Shown one piece after another: positions 19,349 through 29,339 of a stretch of DNA of 64,000 bases. The position numbers were made by a program, and so were the translations under genes. The notes under the pieces were generated by a model. The model did not search any database and was not told the DNA's origin. It saw only the letters and a list, made by a program, of their open reading frames with translations. Position 1 is the stretch's first letter. Each line of letters starts with the position of its first letter. The DNA is taken from the sequence record SRR2962707_2080; one strand, 5' to 3'.

Positions 19349-19765
19349 ATGGCAGCAGAAACTCTTTTAGTGAGAGACATCATGTCCAAAGATACTTTTT
19401 TTGTGCATCCAGAAAACAATATCACGCAATGCGCCATAGGCTTAGCTCAACACAACCTATCTGGCGCACCTGTCGCAGATCAGCATGGAAACCTAATAGG
19501 TTTTGTCTCAGAGCAGGACATGTTATCGGCATTAGTACAGAGTGCTTACTACTGCGATGAATCGAATAGCGTAGACAGCGTCATGCAGCATAATGTGTTA
19601 AGCGTCAGTCCGAATCAGCATGTCTTACAAGTCGCCAAACTCATGATGGAGGCCAAACCTAAAGTTTACCCTGTGGTGGAAGGTACCCGACTTATTGGCG
19701 TCATTACCCGCAAGCATGTTGTGCGGGCTTTGATTCAAAGTCAGGAAAAATGCGTTCCAGTTTAA
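19349..19765 (+). CDS. CBS domain protein
   Basis: Tandem CBS pattern (VRDIM...GAPV...GFVSEQD; YPVV...GVITR); AGGAG RBS. Confidence 0.9.
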   Translation: MAAETLLVRDIMSKDTFFVHPENNITQCAIGLAQHNLSGAPVADQHGNLIGFVSEQDMLSALVQSAYYCDESNSVDSVMQHNVLSVSPNQHVLQVAKLMMEAKPKVYPVVEGTRLIGVITRKHVVRALIQSQEKCVPV

Positions 19766-20112
19766 AGCCAAGCCAAGAAAGGCAGCACAGAAACACTTAA
19801 TATTATTAAGATCGCAAATAACGTAAACAGGCTTTCTACTGGGTTTTGTCGAGCGTATTGGACATAACCTACTAACCATTCCCAAGGCGTTGGCGGCTTT
19901 CGATCGGTTACGCGTTTCGCCTGATCTTCGCGAATGAGTGCCAACGCGGCCTTCGCCTGCTCTTTCTCTTTGACCCAAATGCCTGCTAACGAGATTTGCC
20001 AGCGGCCTGCGGATGTTTCATAAAAAGGAATATCATTATCAAACAGCAGTTGGCGGATGTCGTCTGCTTCTTCATCAGGAACATATTTAAGTCGAAAAAC
20101 CAGAGTTGCCAT
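19762..20112 (-). CDS. Conserved small membrane protein (DUF6164-like)
   Basis: VPDEEADDIRQLL...FYET.AGRW.IS..GIW motif, C-terminal TM. Confidence 0.7.
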   Translation of the reverse strand: MATLVFRLKYVPDEEADDIRQLLFDNDIPFYETSAGRWQISLAGIWVKEKEQAKAALALIREDQAKRVTDRKPPTPWEWLVGYVQYARQNPVESLFTLFAILIILSVSVLPFLAWL

Positions 20113-20188
20113 AACACGCCTTTTGCTTTCATGAGGGAGGGAACCGCGCAAGGATAAGAGAAGCCCCTAAGAAATACAATCGCCCGCT

Positions 20189-20749
20189 TTATTCTGGGTC
20201 TACGACTTTCTCTATTACTAACGTCAGATAGCCAACGTCAAAGCCGAACTTACTCAGTACAGATTCATTAATAACAACTCGATCATTCACTCGATACATT
20301 CTATCGTCCACGCTCACATCAAGCGTATCGCCATCATAAGGGATGCGTAAAACGTACTGCATAAAAAGGGCGTTACCCGCTTGACGAATCACACCATGAC
20401 CAATGACATCATTAGCGGTTGCAATATATTGCCCATGTTCGTCTGGGGTCATCGTCCAGGTGCGGTGTTGTTTTTCACCATCGTCAAAGACAAAGTCTTC
20501 TTTTAACGTGCCCACGCCATCTTGCCATTGACCGTGTAAGTCGGCATCAAAATACCGAATCACCTTACCACTGCGATTTTTTAAAATGCCATGCGCCGTA
20601 AGATGGCCTGAGAAAAACTGAGATAACGCAAAATCGGGGGAGTTATCGGCATACTCAGATACCGTTGGGGAAGAACAGCCGAGCAAGCCGATAAAGCTCG
20701 CAAACACCACTCCTTTTAACCACACCATTCGTCTTGTTAATAACGCCAT
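20189..20749 (-). CDS. DUF3833 family lipoprotein
   Basis: Lipobox LLGC; FF.G.L.A.G, EDFVFDDGE...RTW, DDRM motifs. Confidence 0.85.
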   Translation of the reverse strand: MALLTRRMVWLKGVVFASFIGLLGCSSPTVSEYADNSPDFALSQFFSGHLTAHGILKNRSGKVIRYFDADLHGQWQDGVGTLKEDFVFDDGEKQHRTWTMTPDEHGQYIATANDVIGHGVIRQAGNALFMQYVLRIPYDGDTLDVSVDDRMYRVNDRVVINESVLSKFGFDVGYLTLVIEKVVDPE

Positions 20750-20772
20750 GTCTGGCTCCCCTAAATACTGAA

Positions 20773-21504
20773 TCAATAATAGTGGTATTGGATATCAACC
20801 GCTTGGTAGTCGCCGTTTTTATCCGCTATGTTGGCACGACCGGTAAAACGCAGTAAGCGTTTTGTGTCTGAATCATAGGCTAATAAAATAGGGTCAACGA
20901 GTATTTTGACTACCCAAGAATCTGGGGTCAGAACAAAACACTCAGCGCCTTTTTGTGTGTCTGGTTTGCATAAGCTGCGACTCACGGTAAAACCAACCGT
21001 TGACTGTCGGCTCGGTACGACAAATTGAATGTCCATTTTGGTGTCATTCTCTAGCGACTGCCAATATTGCTTCACAAACGCATTAAAGCCTGCATCCACC
21101 ACCATACCCGGTTGATAATCAATGCTGGCTACTTTGCGCTCTGTTTCTCGGTCTTTTTTATAATGCACAACAATTTTCTTGGCACTGCTGTCTACTTTGA
21201 TTTCTTCGCCATTGCGCATATTGGTCTGAGTAAAGCTTGGCGCAATTTTGGAATGGCTTTCATCAATCACTTTATGACCAAACACCAAACCATCCGGCTC
21301 TGAATACTCCACCTTGTGTTTTCCATCTTCACTGATGGTATGCGTTTCTCGGTATAAAAGCGCACCAGTTTTTACACTATAAGCCGACCCCACTACCTTC
21401 TGAAAGCTCTCTTGGGCCGACGCAATTTGACTAAACGTCGCCCCTAAAAAAAGCGTAAACAACAAAGGCAAAAGTGGTTTTTGAATAATAGATTGTTTGA
21501 TCAT
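20773..21504 (-). CDS. Secreted hypothetical protein
   Basis: Signal peptide (ASA|QE); overlaps DUF2878 and lies within the operon. Confidence 0.75.
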   Translation of the reverse strand: MIKQSIIQKPLLPLLFTLFLGATFSQIASAQESFQKVVGSAYSVKTGALLYRETHTISEDGKHKVEYSEPDGLVFGHKVIDESHSKIAPSFTQTNMRNGEEIKVDSSAKKIVVHYKKDRETERKVASIDYQPGMVVDAGFNAFVKQYWQSLENDTKMDIQFVVPSRQSTVGFTVSRSLCKPDTQKGAECFVLTPDSWVVKILVDPILLAYDSDTKRLLRFTGRANIADKNGDYQAVDIQYHYY

Positions 21505-22025
21505 AACGGCTTATCCTCTTTCGAATACAAGGCCCATGTTTCGCAGTAATAAACACCTACTGGCAAAATCAGCGACCAAGCTAAAGCAACGGCAAATAAA
21601 GACAGCCACCAAGGTTCAGCTAATGAAATACCAGTTAGCTTTACACCAGCAAGGTAGCTACAGGTTGGCCCAATAAAACCCAGCATAGCACTCAAATAAT
21701 AGCGGGTTCTCAAAAAGGCCAAGCTATGGGCAAATAAAGTGGCAACCGACACCCACAAACACAACAACCATATTGGCGGGAGGTTACCAAAATATTGCGC
21801 GTCGGCTGATGAGGAGAAAATACCAAAGTGGAAAAAACTACCGTCTATCAGAACGCCCAAGAGGAAAAACAGTAACACTAAACGCCACTCAGAGCGCTTA
21901 TTCATAAAGTAATGATCATGCAAAAATAAGTACACTGACGTAATTATCAACGCCAGCGTATTGCCACCCAACACACAAGCGAACCACACCCCTTGAAACA
22001 TCACGGCATTCATCAAGGGCTTCAT
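21501..22025 (-). CDS. DUF2878 family membrane protein
   Basis: NAVMFQGVWFACV, PIWLLCLW, GP.SY.AG motifs. Confidence 0.85.
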   Translation of the reverse strand: MKPLMNAVMFQGVWFACVLGGNTLALIITSVYLFLHDHYFMNKRSEWRLVLLFFLLGVLIDGSFFHFGIFSSSADAQYFGNLPPIWLLCLWVSVATLFAHSLAFLRTRYYLSAMLGFIGPTCSYLAGVKLTGISLAEPWWLSLFAVALAWSLILPVGVYYCETWALYSKEDKPL

Positions 22026-22031
22026 CCCTTT

Positions 22032-23303
22032 CTACCGTACCGTAGCCAATTCAAAACGATGCTCAGGTTTGGCAAAAACAAATTGCCCGGTGCTGATAGC
22101 ACGCTCTTTAAAGCCGCCTTCGCAATACGCCAAATAGAAATCCCACATACGACAGAACACATCATCGAACCCCATATCGAGCACTTCTCGACGGGCATTG
22201 TGAAAACGAGCCCGCCAATCTGCCAAGGTTTTCGCATAATGCTCGGTAATGTCTTCTAAACCGATAATCTGCATGTCCGTTTTTTGGGCTATTTTATGGG
22301 CTATCACCTGGTTCGATGGCAAGCAGCCACCGGGGAAAATATAACGCTGAATAAAATCCACCGAACCGCGCGCGTAGTCATAACGCTGATCGGCAATGGT
22401 AATCGCTTGAATCACCATCACACCATGAGGCCTCAGTAATTCACTGCATTTACTAAAGTAGCTGTCGTAATATTCATGACCCACCGCTTCGATCATTTCA
22501 ATGGAGACCAGCTTGTCATATTCCCCCGTTAAGTCTCGATAATCTTCTAATAAAAGGGTGACTTTATCACTCAAGCCCGCTTCTTCAACGCGGCGTTTAG
22601 CAAACTCATATTGCTCTTGGGAAATAGTGGTCGTGGTAACATGACAACCATAATGCTGCGCCGCATGAATGGCCATCCCGCCCCAACCGGTTCCGATTTC
22701 TAATAGATGATCGTCCGCGCAGAGTTGCAGTTTTTGGCAAATACGATCCAGTTTATTGACCGCAGCGTCTTCTAAAGAGGCGCTACTACTGGGGTAAATA
22801 GCGGCTGAATACATCATGCTAGGATCGAGAAATAACGAAAAGAAATCGTTGCCTAAATCGTAGTGAGCAGAAATGTTTTTCTTTGACCCTCGCTGACTGT
22901 TGGCATTCAACTTGTGGGCGATTTTGGCGCCCACTCGGCTCCAGATAGGACGTTTGGCATCCATCCTATTGATCACATTTAGGTTCGCAACCATCAGACG
23001 AATAACACCAACAAGGTCCGACGAGCTCCACCAGCCTTTCATATAGGCTTCCCCAGAGCCAATGCTGCTGTTTAAGAAAATATCCCGATACGCATTCTTA
23101 TTATGAACCTGTATATGAGCATGGTAGCTAGCGCTTTCTTTAGGCTCACCGAATTCATACATTTGCCCCTCATCGTCTAAGGTTAAATGCCCCACGTCGA
23201 GTTTTTTTAACATGCTAAACACGACACGTTTCGCAACTGCATTAAACCACTCACTGCGGCGGCTCTTAGTGACTTTCTGGTTATTGATACTGACTGAATT
23301 CAT
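22032..23303 (-). CDS. Cfa-family SAM-dependent fatty-acid methyltransferase (UfaM-like)
   Basis: NISAHYDLGNDFF, MMYS, LEIGTGWG, SIEMIEAVG, YIFPGG, YLAYCEGGF. Confidence 0.92.
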   Translation of the reverse strand: MNSVSINNQKVTKSRRSEWFNAVAKRVVFSMLKKLDVGHLTLDDEGQMYEFGEPKESASYHAHIQVHNKNAYRDIFLNSSIGSGEAYMKGWWSSSDLVGVIRLMVANLNVINRMDAKRPIWSRVGAKIAHKLNANSQRGSKKNISAHYDLGNDFFSLFLDPSMMYSAAIYPSSSASLEDAAVNKLDRICQKLQLCADDHLLEIGTGWGGMAIHAAQHYGCHVTTTTISQEQYEFAKRRVEEAGLSDKVTLLLEDYRDLTGEYDKLVSIEMIEAVGHEYYDSYFSKCSELLRPHGVMVIQAITIADQRYDYARGSVDFIQRYIFPGGCLPSNQVIAHKIAQKTDMQIIGLEDITEHYAKTLADWRARFHNARREVLDMGFDDVFCRMWDFYLAYCEGGFKERAISTGQFVFAKPEHRFELATVR

Positions 23304-23326
23304 GCAACCATGCCCCTTTATCTTGA

Positions 23327-24124
23327 TCATTTATGATGCGATGACGCGTCGCTTGGATGAGAATGAAATGGCACTTTTTTCAACCATAACTTCAACGCTT
23401 GCCAGTAAATCCCCATCGCCACTTTGAGTGTCATAACAGGATAGTTAAACAACACCTTAGCCAAAGCAGAGCGAGAAATACTCGCTCGATTGAGCGTTAA
23501 AGTCGCATCAAATACGCAGCGCTCGTTGTCATCTTGTTCTTTATTCTGCATGTGAATCGCCAACTTCTGACCTGGTAACGAACTACGCCAATCATAAAAA
23601 TGGTTCATCGGATGAAATGGCGAAACATGCATTTCTTTATTAAAAATAATACGTTGAGAATGACGAGTCGGATCACAAGAAAGTACATAAGTTACTCGCT
23701 CCTGCCATGGCGTATTCGTTACTTCTAGTAAGATGGCGCAAAGCTGCTCTTGTTCATTAAAGCAGTAATACAAAGTAATAGGATTAATAATAAACCCAAA
23801 ATAACGACAGTTTGTGAGCACCCTAACCGGACCATTTAGCTGCGTTCCAAGCCTATTGTTAACCGCATTGAGCACCGCGTCTTTTAGCGGCACTGTGTCG
23901 TCACCAAAATAATCTTGGCGTTTAAATCGCGCCAGACGGAACGCCTTTTTTGACCACCAAGGGCTCAGGGCTAACACCTCATCCAGTTCATCAAGGTCAA
24001 AATACATCATGAAAACCGCATAACTAAAATCATGTTTTTTGGGTTCAAACCGACGATGTCTCACGGTGCCATGATAGATAGCACTGTGATAGCCGTCAGC
24101 CTTGATCGCCTTGTCCGTTACCAT
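23327..24124 (-). CDS. DUF1365 family protein (UfaO-like)
   Basis: [42 protein letters not shown]. Confidence 0.9.
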   Translation of the reverse strand: MVTDKAIKADGYHSAIYHGTVRHRRFEPKKHDFSYAVFMMYFDLDELDEVLALSPWWSKKAFRLARFKRQDYFGDDTVPLKDAVLNAVNNRLGTQLNGPVRVLTNCRYFGFIINPITLYYCFNEQEQLCAILLEVTNTPWQERVTYVLSCDPTRHSQRIIFNKEMHVSPFHPMNHFYDWRSSLPGQKLAIHMQNKEQDDNERCVFDATLTLNRASISRSALAKVLFNYPVMTLKVAMGIYWQALKLWLKKVPFHSHPSDASSHHK

Positions 24125-25368
24125 TCAACCCCCAAACCATTGGCCACCCGTACACCACTCCAGCAGCCATCTTCATGGAAACCATTACGCCAATAAGCAC
24201 CGCAAAACCATGTGTTGTTCACGCCATTAATGTCCTGCCAACGTTGCTGGGCCTTAATGCCATCTAAGGTAAATGTAGGATGAGCATACTGATAACGACC
24301 AAGCACCTTTTTGGCGTCAATCATCTCTGTTTGATTGAGCGAAACAACGTAGGTTGTTTCGCTGCTAAAGCCCTGCAAGATATTCATGTTATAGCTTAAC
24401 GTCGCAGGCTTATTTTGTTCTTTTCCAAGATGGTAATTCCAACTTGACCACGCCAGTTTGGCATTTGGCAGCAAGCCTGTGTCAGTGTGCAGCACCACTT
24501 CATTATTACGGTAAGGAATAGCGGATAAAATCGCTTGTTCGTCGTCACTGGCATCATCGAGCAAAGCCAACGCTTGATCACTGTGGCAAGCAAAGATTAC
24601 TTGATCGTAGTTTTCTGTCTCCCCATGCTCAAAGTGTAGCGTCACAGAGTCCCCTGAGCGCGTCACTTTTTTGATGTTGCAACTGGTTCGAATACGATCT
24701 TGGAACGAGTCCACTAAGGGCTTTAAGTAAGCGGAAGATCCCCCTTTGATAACACGCCACTGGGGGCGATGGCTCACACTGAGCAATCCATGATTTTTAA
24801 AAAAACGAACAAAAAACACCAAGGGGAAATCCATCATTTCTTCAAGTGTTGCGGACCAGATCGCGCTGCCCATAGGAATCAAATAATGGCTAGCAAAGCG
24901 TTCACCATAGCCTTTATTTTTAAGGTATTCCCCTAGCGACAAACCTTCTTTTAACTCACCACTGTCTAAGTCCTGAATGGCTTCTTTGTTGAACCGCATG
25001 ATGTCTTTTAACATGCCTAAATAGGACCAATTAAAGAGATTACGGCGTTGAGCAAACAAGGTATTCAGGTTATTGCCACCGTACTCAAGTCCAGTGTTCT
25101 GGCAACTCACGCTAAAGCTCATTTCAGTAGGAGTAGACGCCACGCCTAATTCATCCATCAGGCGAATAAAGTAAGGGTAAGTCCAGTCATTAAAAACAAT
25201 GAAACCGGTATCAATAGCACGCAGTTGTTGCCCTTCTGGAATCTGCATTGTGGCCGTATGACCGCCGATTCTTGAGGCCGATTCAAACACAGTTATCTGA
25301 TGTTTCTTTTGTAATAAGTAGGCACTCGTTAACCCAGAAATCCCTGATCCGATAATGGCAATATTCAC
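24118..25368 (-). CDS. FAD-dependent oxidoreductase (UfaD-like)
   Basis: [45 protein letters not shown] start. Confidence 0.92.
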   Translation of the reverse strand: MNIAIIGSGISGLTSAYLLQKKHQITVFESASRIGGHTATMQIPEGQQLRAIDTGFIVFNDWTYPYFIRLMDELGVASTPTEMSFSVSCQNTGLEYGGNNLNTLFAQRRNLFNWSYLGMLKDIMRFNKEAIQDLDSGELKEGLSLGEYLKNKGYGERFASHYLIPMGSAIWSATLEEMMDFPLVFFVRFFKNHGLLSVSHRPQWRVIKGGSSAYLKPLVDSFQDRIRTSCNIKKVTRSGDSVTLHFEHGETENYDQVIFACHSDQALALLDDASDDEQAILSAIPYRNNEVVLHTDTGLLPNAKLAWSSWNYHLGKEQNKPATLSYNMNILQGFSSETTYVVSLNQTEMIDAKKVLGRYQYAHPTFTLDGIKAQQRWQDINGVNNTWFCGAYWRNGFHEDGCWSGVRVANGLGVEW

Positions 25369-25420
25369 TTACTGTCTCCTTAAACTCACTTGTTTCATCC
25401 AACAAGCGCATACTATTACT

Positions 25421-26167
25421 CTATTGTTTGGGGGCCGTCATAGCGGTCCAACGTTTTGGAAAACACCTTGCGAGCCACAACATGGCACTCAGCCGCTTGG
25501 GGAACGCATATTCATACGGGCGCTTCATTAACGCCGACTCGATGCGCGCGGCTGCGTCTTCGGGCGACATAAGAAACGGCATTGAAAAGGTGTTTTTTTG
25601 AGTCAGAGGTGTGTCGACAAAACCGGGCAGCACGCAGGTCACATCAATATTTGAAGACTGCAAATCGACCCGTAACGAAGACAGAAAATAGCGCACCGCC
25701 GCTTTACTCGCGCCATACGCTTCAGCTTGTGTAAAGGCCGCTTGTACCGCCTGAGAACTGATGCCTACAAGGTGTGCAGACTGGGCCTTTTTCAGCAATG
25801 GCAAACTGACGGCGACGCAGTTCACCAGCCCAAAATAATTCACCGACATGATGCGCTTCATCATTTCCCAATCAGGGTGTTGGAGATCTAAATATTCGCA
25901 GTTGCCCGCATTGAGAATCACACAATCTAAATGTTGGGTTTGCTGCTGTATTAAGGCACGTACATGGTCAATCTGAGACGCATCGGTCACATCATAAGGA
26001 ATAAATGTTAAGGCTGGATTTGCCTGTAATTCGCTCAGCTTCCCTTCGTTTCTGGCGCTTGCGAAGACCTGATAATCACGCGCCAAATAGCGCTCAACCA
26101 AGGCATAGCCAATGCCAGAACTTGCTCCGGTAATCCAAATGGTGAGCTTTTGCTGTACGTCTCCCAT
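25421..26167 (-). CDS. SDR family oxidoreductase
   Basis: TGASSGIG, NAG, YGASK, PGFV.TP. Confidence 0.93.
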   Translation of the reverse strand: MGDVQQKLTIWITGASSGIGYALVERYLARDYQVFASARNEGKLSELQANPALTFIPYDVTDASQIDHVRALIQQQTQHLDCVILNAGNCEYLDLQHPDWEMMKRIMSVNYFGLVNCVAVSLPLLKKAQSAHLVGISSQAVQAAFTQAEAYGASKAAVRYFLSSLRVDLQSSNIDVTCVLPGFVDTPLTQKNTFSMPFLMSPEDAAARIESALMKRPYEYAFPKRLSAMLWLARCFPKRWTAMTAPKQ

Positions 26168-26177
26168 GCTTTACTCC

Positions 26178-26639
26178 CTAGTTCACCGCTAAGCGTTTTT
26201 TTAACCCTTTCACGACCCCGCCCAATAATGGCACCTGCTCATAGAGCATCTGGCCTAGGTCGTACACGTCTTCATGGTAGTAAATGCGCTCATTAAACTG
26301 GATTTGACTGATGCCACGAACGGTGATGGTCTGCTTGCCTAATTTAGGGTGCTTAAAGTGCATATTCCATTTAATGTAAGCGCTATGCTCTGCCACCATC
26401 TGATCCAGATATTCGAAACGTCCACTGTGAACATCCAGGCATAAATCGGATAAATAAGCATGCAATTGCTCTATGTTTCTGACTTCCTGTACTGGGTCTT
26501 TAAAAATGACATTGTCGTCATAAATATCGCCAATTTGAGGCAATGGGATCCGCTTTAGATCCTTATAAAAAAATTTAAAGCGCTCTATCAATGTGTCTTT
26601 AGCGTCCATTTTGGCTTCCACCGTCGCTTTGCAAGTCAT
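26178..26639 (-). CDS. SnoaL/NTF2-like protein
   Basis: Y...V.FKDP, W.M.F.HPKL, YH.D.YDLG..LYEQVP.LG; start may be 26609. Confidence 0.85.
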   Translation of the reverse strand: MTCKATVEAKMDAKDTLIERFKFFYKDLKRIPLPQIGDIYDDNVIFKDPVQEVRNIEQLHAYLSDLCLDVHSGRFEYLDQMVAEHSAYIKWNMHFKHPKLGKQTITVRGISQIQFNERIYYHEDVYDLGQMLYEQVPLLGGVVKGLKKRLAVN

Positions 26640-26685
26640 CTTCGCAATGGCGGTATTTATTTGGCCATCGCACTACAAGAGGTTA

Positions 26686-26711
26686 AACGTATGCATTCTT
26701 CACTTGGACCA
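26686..26711 (-). promoter_or_regulatory. Putative sigmaE (RpoE/ChrR-type) promoter of the SnoaL-DUF3833 operon
   Basis: TGGTCC-N15-ACGTT on the minus strand, same spacing as the rpoE promoter. Confidence 0.55.
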
Positions 26712-26764
26712 CTTTAAAAACGATAAACACCAGAAAAATCTTTATAGGTTTATCAATTCACAAG

Positions 26765-26790
26765 TGATCCACTATGCTTAACCCAGCGTA
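26765..26790 (+). promoter_or_regulatory. Autoregulatory sigmaE (ChrR-coupled ECF) promoter
   Basis: TGATCC-N15-GCGTA, matching the known TGATCC...CGTA motif of RpoE-ChrR regulons. Confidence 0.8.
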
Positions 26791-26856
26791 TAGATAACAA
26801 ACACACGGCACGACAGTGCTACGACGTCGCCTTCTTAGCCTTTGATGGAGTCATAT

Positions 26857-27432
26857 ATGGAGCGTGCCAAACAGACACTATCTGATGACCAGTTAGTGCA
26901 AGACATACTTGCTGTAGCTGAACATCGAGATCAAGTTGCCTTGACTCGTCTGTTTGATCACTACGTGCCTAAAATCCGAGCGTTTTGTTTAGCGGCACAA
27001 CCGGGAGCCAATTTAATGGCCGATGACATCGCTCAAGAGGTGATGATTCGAGTCTGGCGTAAAGCGCATTTTTATAACCCAGAATTAGCGGCCCTCAATA
27101 CCTGGATTTTCACCTTAGCAAGAAACGCCAGAATCGATTACTTTCGTAAAAATGGGCGTCATCAAACCAACATTGATTCCGACTTTTTGTTTCAAGACAT
27201 TGTTGATGAAAACGCAGACCCTTTCAAAAGTGCTCAGCATAAACGTGATCAAGAGCAGATTAAGCAAGGATTTAGCCATCTTCCGGAAGACCAAAAACAG
27301 GTGCTGTATAAAGTGTATTTAGAAGGCAAAACCCATAAAGAAGCGGCACAAGAGTTATCGCTACCACTTGGGACAATTAAATCTCGAGTACGATTAGCGC
27401 TCCATAAACTAACGATTCACATAAAGAGGTAG
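26857..27432 (+). CDS. ECF sigma factor, ChrR-associated (RpoE-type)
   Basis: DDIAQEV...VWRKA...TWIFTLARNARID; LPLGTIKSRVRLA; adjacent to chrR; GGAG before ATG 26857. Confidence 0.93.
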   Translation: MERAKQTLSDDQLVQDILAVAEHRDQVALTRLFDHYVPKIRAFCLAAQPGANLMADDIAQEVMIRVWRKAHFYNPELAALNTWIFTLARNARIDYFRKNGRHQTNIDSDFLFQDIVDENADPFKSAQHKRDQEQIKQGFSHLPEDQKQVLYKVYLEGKTHKEAAQELSLPLGTIKSRVRLALHKLTIHIKR

Positions 27433-27434
27433 TC

Positions 27435-28142
27435 ATGATGCTTAACTACCATCCAACCATAGAAATGCTCACGGACTATGCCGCTGGCTCATTACCATTG
27501 ACCTATTCTTTGGCGGTTTCCACCCACTTAGAGCAATGCCAAGAATGTCAGCAACACGTACGTCAACTGGAACTATTAGGCGCTAATTTATTCACCAAAA
27601 AAGCCCCTGATCAGCAGACAACAGACACGCTAAAACAGACCTTTTTTGACAAACTCAACGCTGAAGTTGAGGCGAATACGGCGGCTCAAGCAATGGCTAG
27701 TACTTTAGAAGATACGGAAAAAGCACCACTCGATGGCTATTGCATTCCCCGTAGCCTGCGCCAATTTGTCAGCCGTAATTATGATGAACTGAGTTGGATG
27801 AGGCTGTCCCCTGCGGTCAAAATCGCCACCTTGTGCGAAGAAGATGGCGTACAAGTAGCGCTGACTCGTATAAAAGCGGGCGCTCATATCCCGACCCATA
27901 CTCATGCTGGCGAAGAAATCACTCTGGTTCTTGAAGGCGCCTTCTCCGATGAAAAAGGCATCTATTCGTGTGGCGATTTTGTCAGCCGTAATGCCAAACA
28001 CAAACACAAGCCAAGAGTCACCAAAGACGCGGAATGTATTTGCTTAACGGTATTGGACGCACCCATCGAATTTACCGGCTGGTTGACACGTTTTCTCAAC
28101 CCTATTATGCGCCGCCATCATCCCAGTACGCAGCGTGGCTAA
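27435..28142 (+). CDS. chrR: Anti-sigma factor ChrR
   Basis: HP...L.DYAAG, HLEQCQEC zinc motif, cupin HTH.GEE.TLVLEGAFSD. Confidence 0.93.
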   Translation: MMLNYHPTIEMLTDYAAGSLPLTYSLAVSTHLEQCQECQQHVRQLELLGANLFTKKAPDQQTTDTLKQTFFDKLNAEVEANTAAQAMASTLEDTEKAPLDGYCIPRSLRQFVSRNYDELSWMRLSPAVKIATLCEEDGVQVALTRIKAGAHIPTHTHAGEEITLVLEGAFSDEKGIYSCGDFVSRNAKHKHKPRVTKDAECICLTVLDAPIEFTGWLTRFLNPIMRRHHPSTQRG

Positions 28143-28264
28143 AGTGGAAGGCTTCATGAATAAGCGGAACGATAGCGACGCGTTTTCCGAAGATAGGCTA
28201 CAACAAGAAATAATTATGAAAATATGGTACAGTCCTTGTTCAACTAACAATAAGGACTCACATT

Positions 28265-28447
28265 ATGGCTACTAAAAAGAAGCAACCTGCCGCCTCGGAA
28301 ACTTCGGAATCCATTGAAAAACAAATGCAAGAGTTCCTTGCTCGCGGTGGTCAAATCGACCAAATTAACTCAGGTGTCAGTGGCCAATCTCAGCTTACGG
28401 GATCTCGTCATATTTCCCTAGGTAACAATAAAACGAAAAGCCAATAA
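28265..28447 (+). CDS. Small protein with SutA-like motif
   Basis: AAGGA RBS; MQEFLARGGQIDQI resembles the SutA core MEEFLSRGGKVQEI. Confidence 0.7.
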   Translation: MATKKKQPAASETSESIEKQMQEFLARGGQIDQINSGVSGQSQLTGSRHISLGNNKTKSQ

Positions 28448-28713
28448 GCTTTTCTTTTTATTGTTCAAAGCGTTAATTTGTATTGCAAGGATAGCGATCA
28501 AATGACCCTTTCCTTGCTATACAGCCCAAATCACTGCGCATTTCCTTTCTAATGCCAGCAACATCCTTTGGTGCTTTTTGTACTAAACAAAAACACGCCC
28601 CGCGTTATGCTTTTTTCTCTCTGCCTGCTTATTAAATATAGATCGCATTCTAATAATATCGCACACTAGAAGAGTACTCAGTCGCCACATTCTACAAAGG
28701 AATTACCCTCATT

Positions 28714-28905
28714 ATGCTAACCGATTCAGATCGTGCTTTTTTCCGTCCTAAATGGCGCCGCGTGGCGGCCACTGTTTTTTGTGCCGCCTGGGCCGTACTC
28801 GAATGGGTATCGGGTGAAGAATTCTGGGGAACCGTGGCCATCGGAATTACCATCTATTGCTTATGGAATTTTTTCTACCGTTTTAACGAGACACCAGAAG
28901 AATAA
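28714..28905 (+). CDS. Small two-TM protein (DUF3329-like)
   Basis: FFRP.WRRVA....C..W...E......FW pattern. Confidence 0.7.
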   Translation: MLTDSDRAFFRPKWRRVAATVFCAAWAVLEWVSGEEFWGTVAIGITIYCLWNFFYRFNETPEE

Positions 28906-29036
28906 TCTCAAAACGCTCCTTGTTGATCTTGCCGACGATTTTCTAAGTAAATGAAAATCGTCACAAAAATGTGAAGACAGCTCCTTACTAGAAGCGCATT
29001 CCATACCATCTTGAGACGCTTAATTTACTGACTCTT

Positions 29037-29045
29037 TGTTATAAT
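29037..29045 (+). promoter_or_regulatory. Extended -10 promoter element
   Basis: TGTTATAAT (TGn plus consensus TATAAT). Confidence 0.55.
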
Positions 29046-29050
29046 TCTCT

Positions 29051-29183
29051 GCGTTGAGTTTCTACTTTTCTTTTTCTTGCTAGATAGGCTTTTGCCTCAT
29101 CTGAAAAAGAAAGTTTCCCAGATGACTCCGTCGCAGCTGCCCTGCAGCTCGCGATTATTGCCCACTTCGGTGGGCTTTTTTTT
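29051..29183 (+). ncRNA. Candidate structured small RNA or attenuating leader
   Basis: Promoter upstream, two internal hairpins and a strong terminator; no credible ORF; family not recognised. Confidence 0.5.
29160..29183 (+). terminator. Intrinsic terminator
   Basis: GCCCAC-TTCG-GTGGGC followed by T8. Confidence 0.88.
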
Positions 29184-29339
29184 GCCTTTCATTTATGAAA
29201 GCAGCCCTCTGTGTTATCGCCATCCAGTACTCATATTCCCTGTCATTTTTCCGACATCTTATCGTCACCCGTTTGTCACATCCGCCCTCTAGTCTCAAAG
29301 CAACTAACAAAGAAACTTTCCCTTTCGTGGAGCGTCACT

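Noticed and set aside
27765-27992. Repeated TTTGTCAGCCGTAAT within chrR
   Set aside because: Both copies encode FVSRN in frame; no sign of a separate function
29077-29292. 71-aa ORF over the sRNA candidate
   Set aside because: TTG start without RBS, runs through a strong terminator, no recognisable protein features
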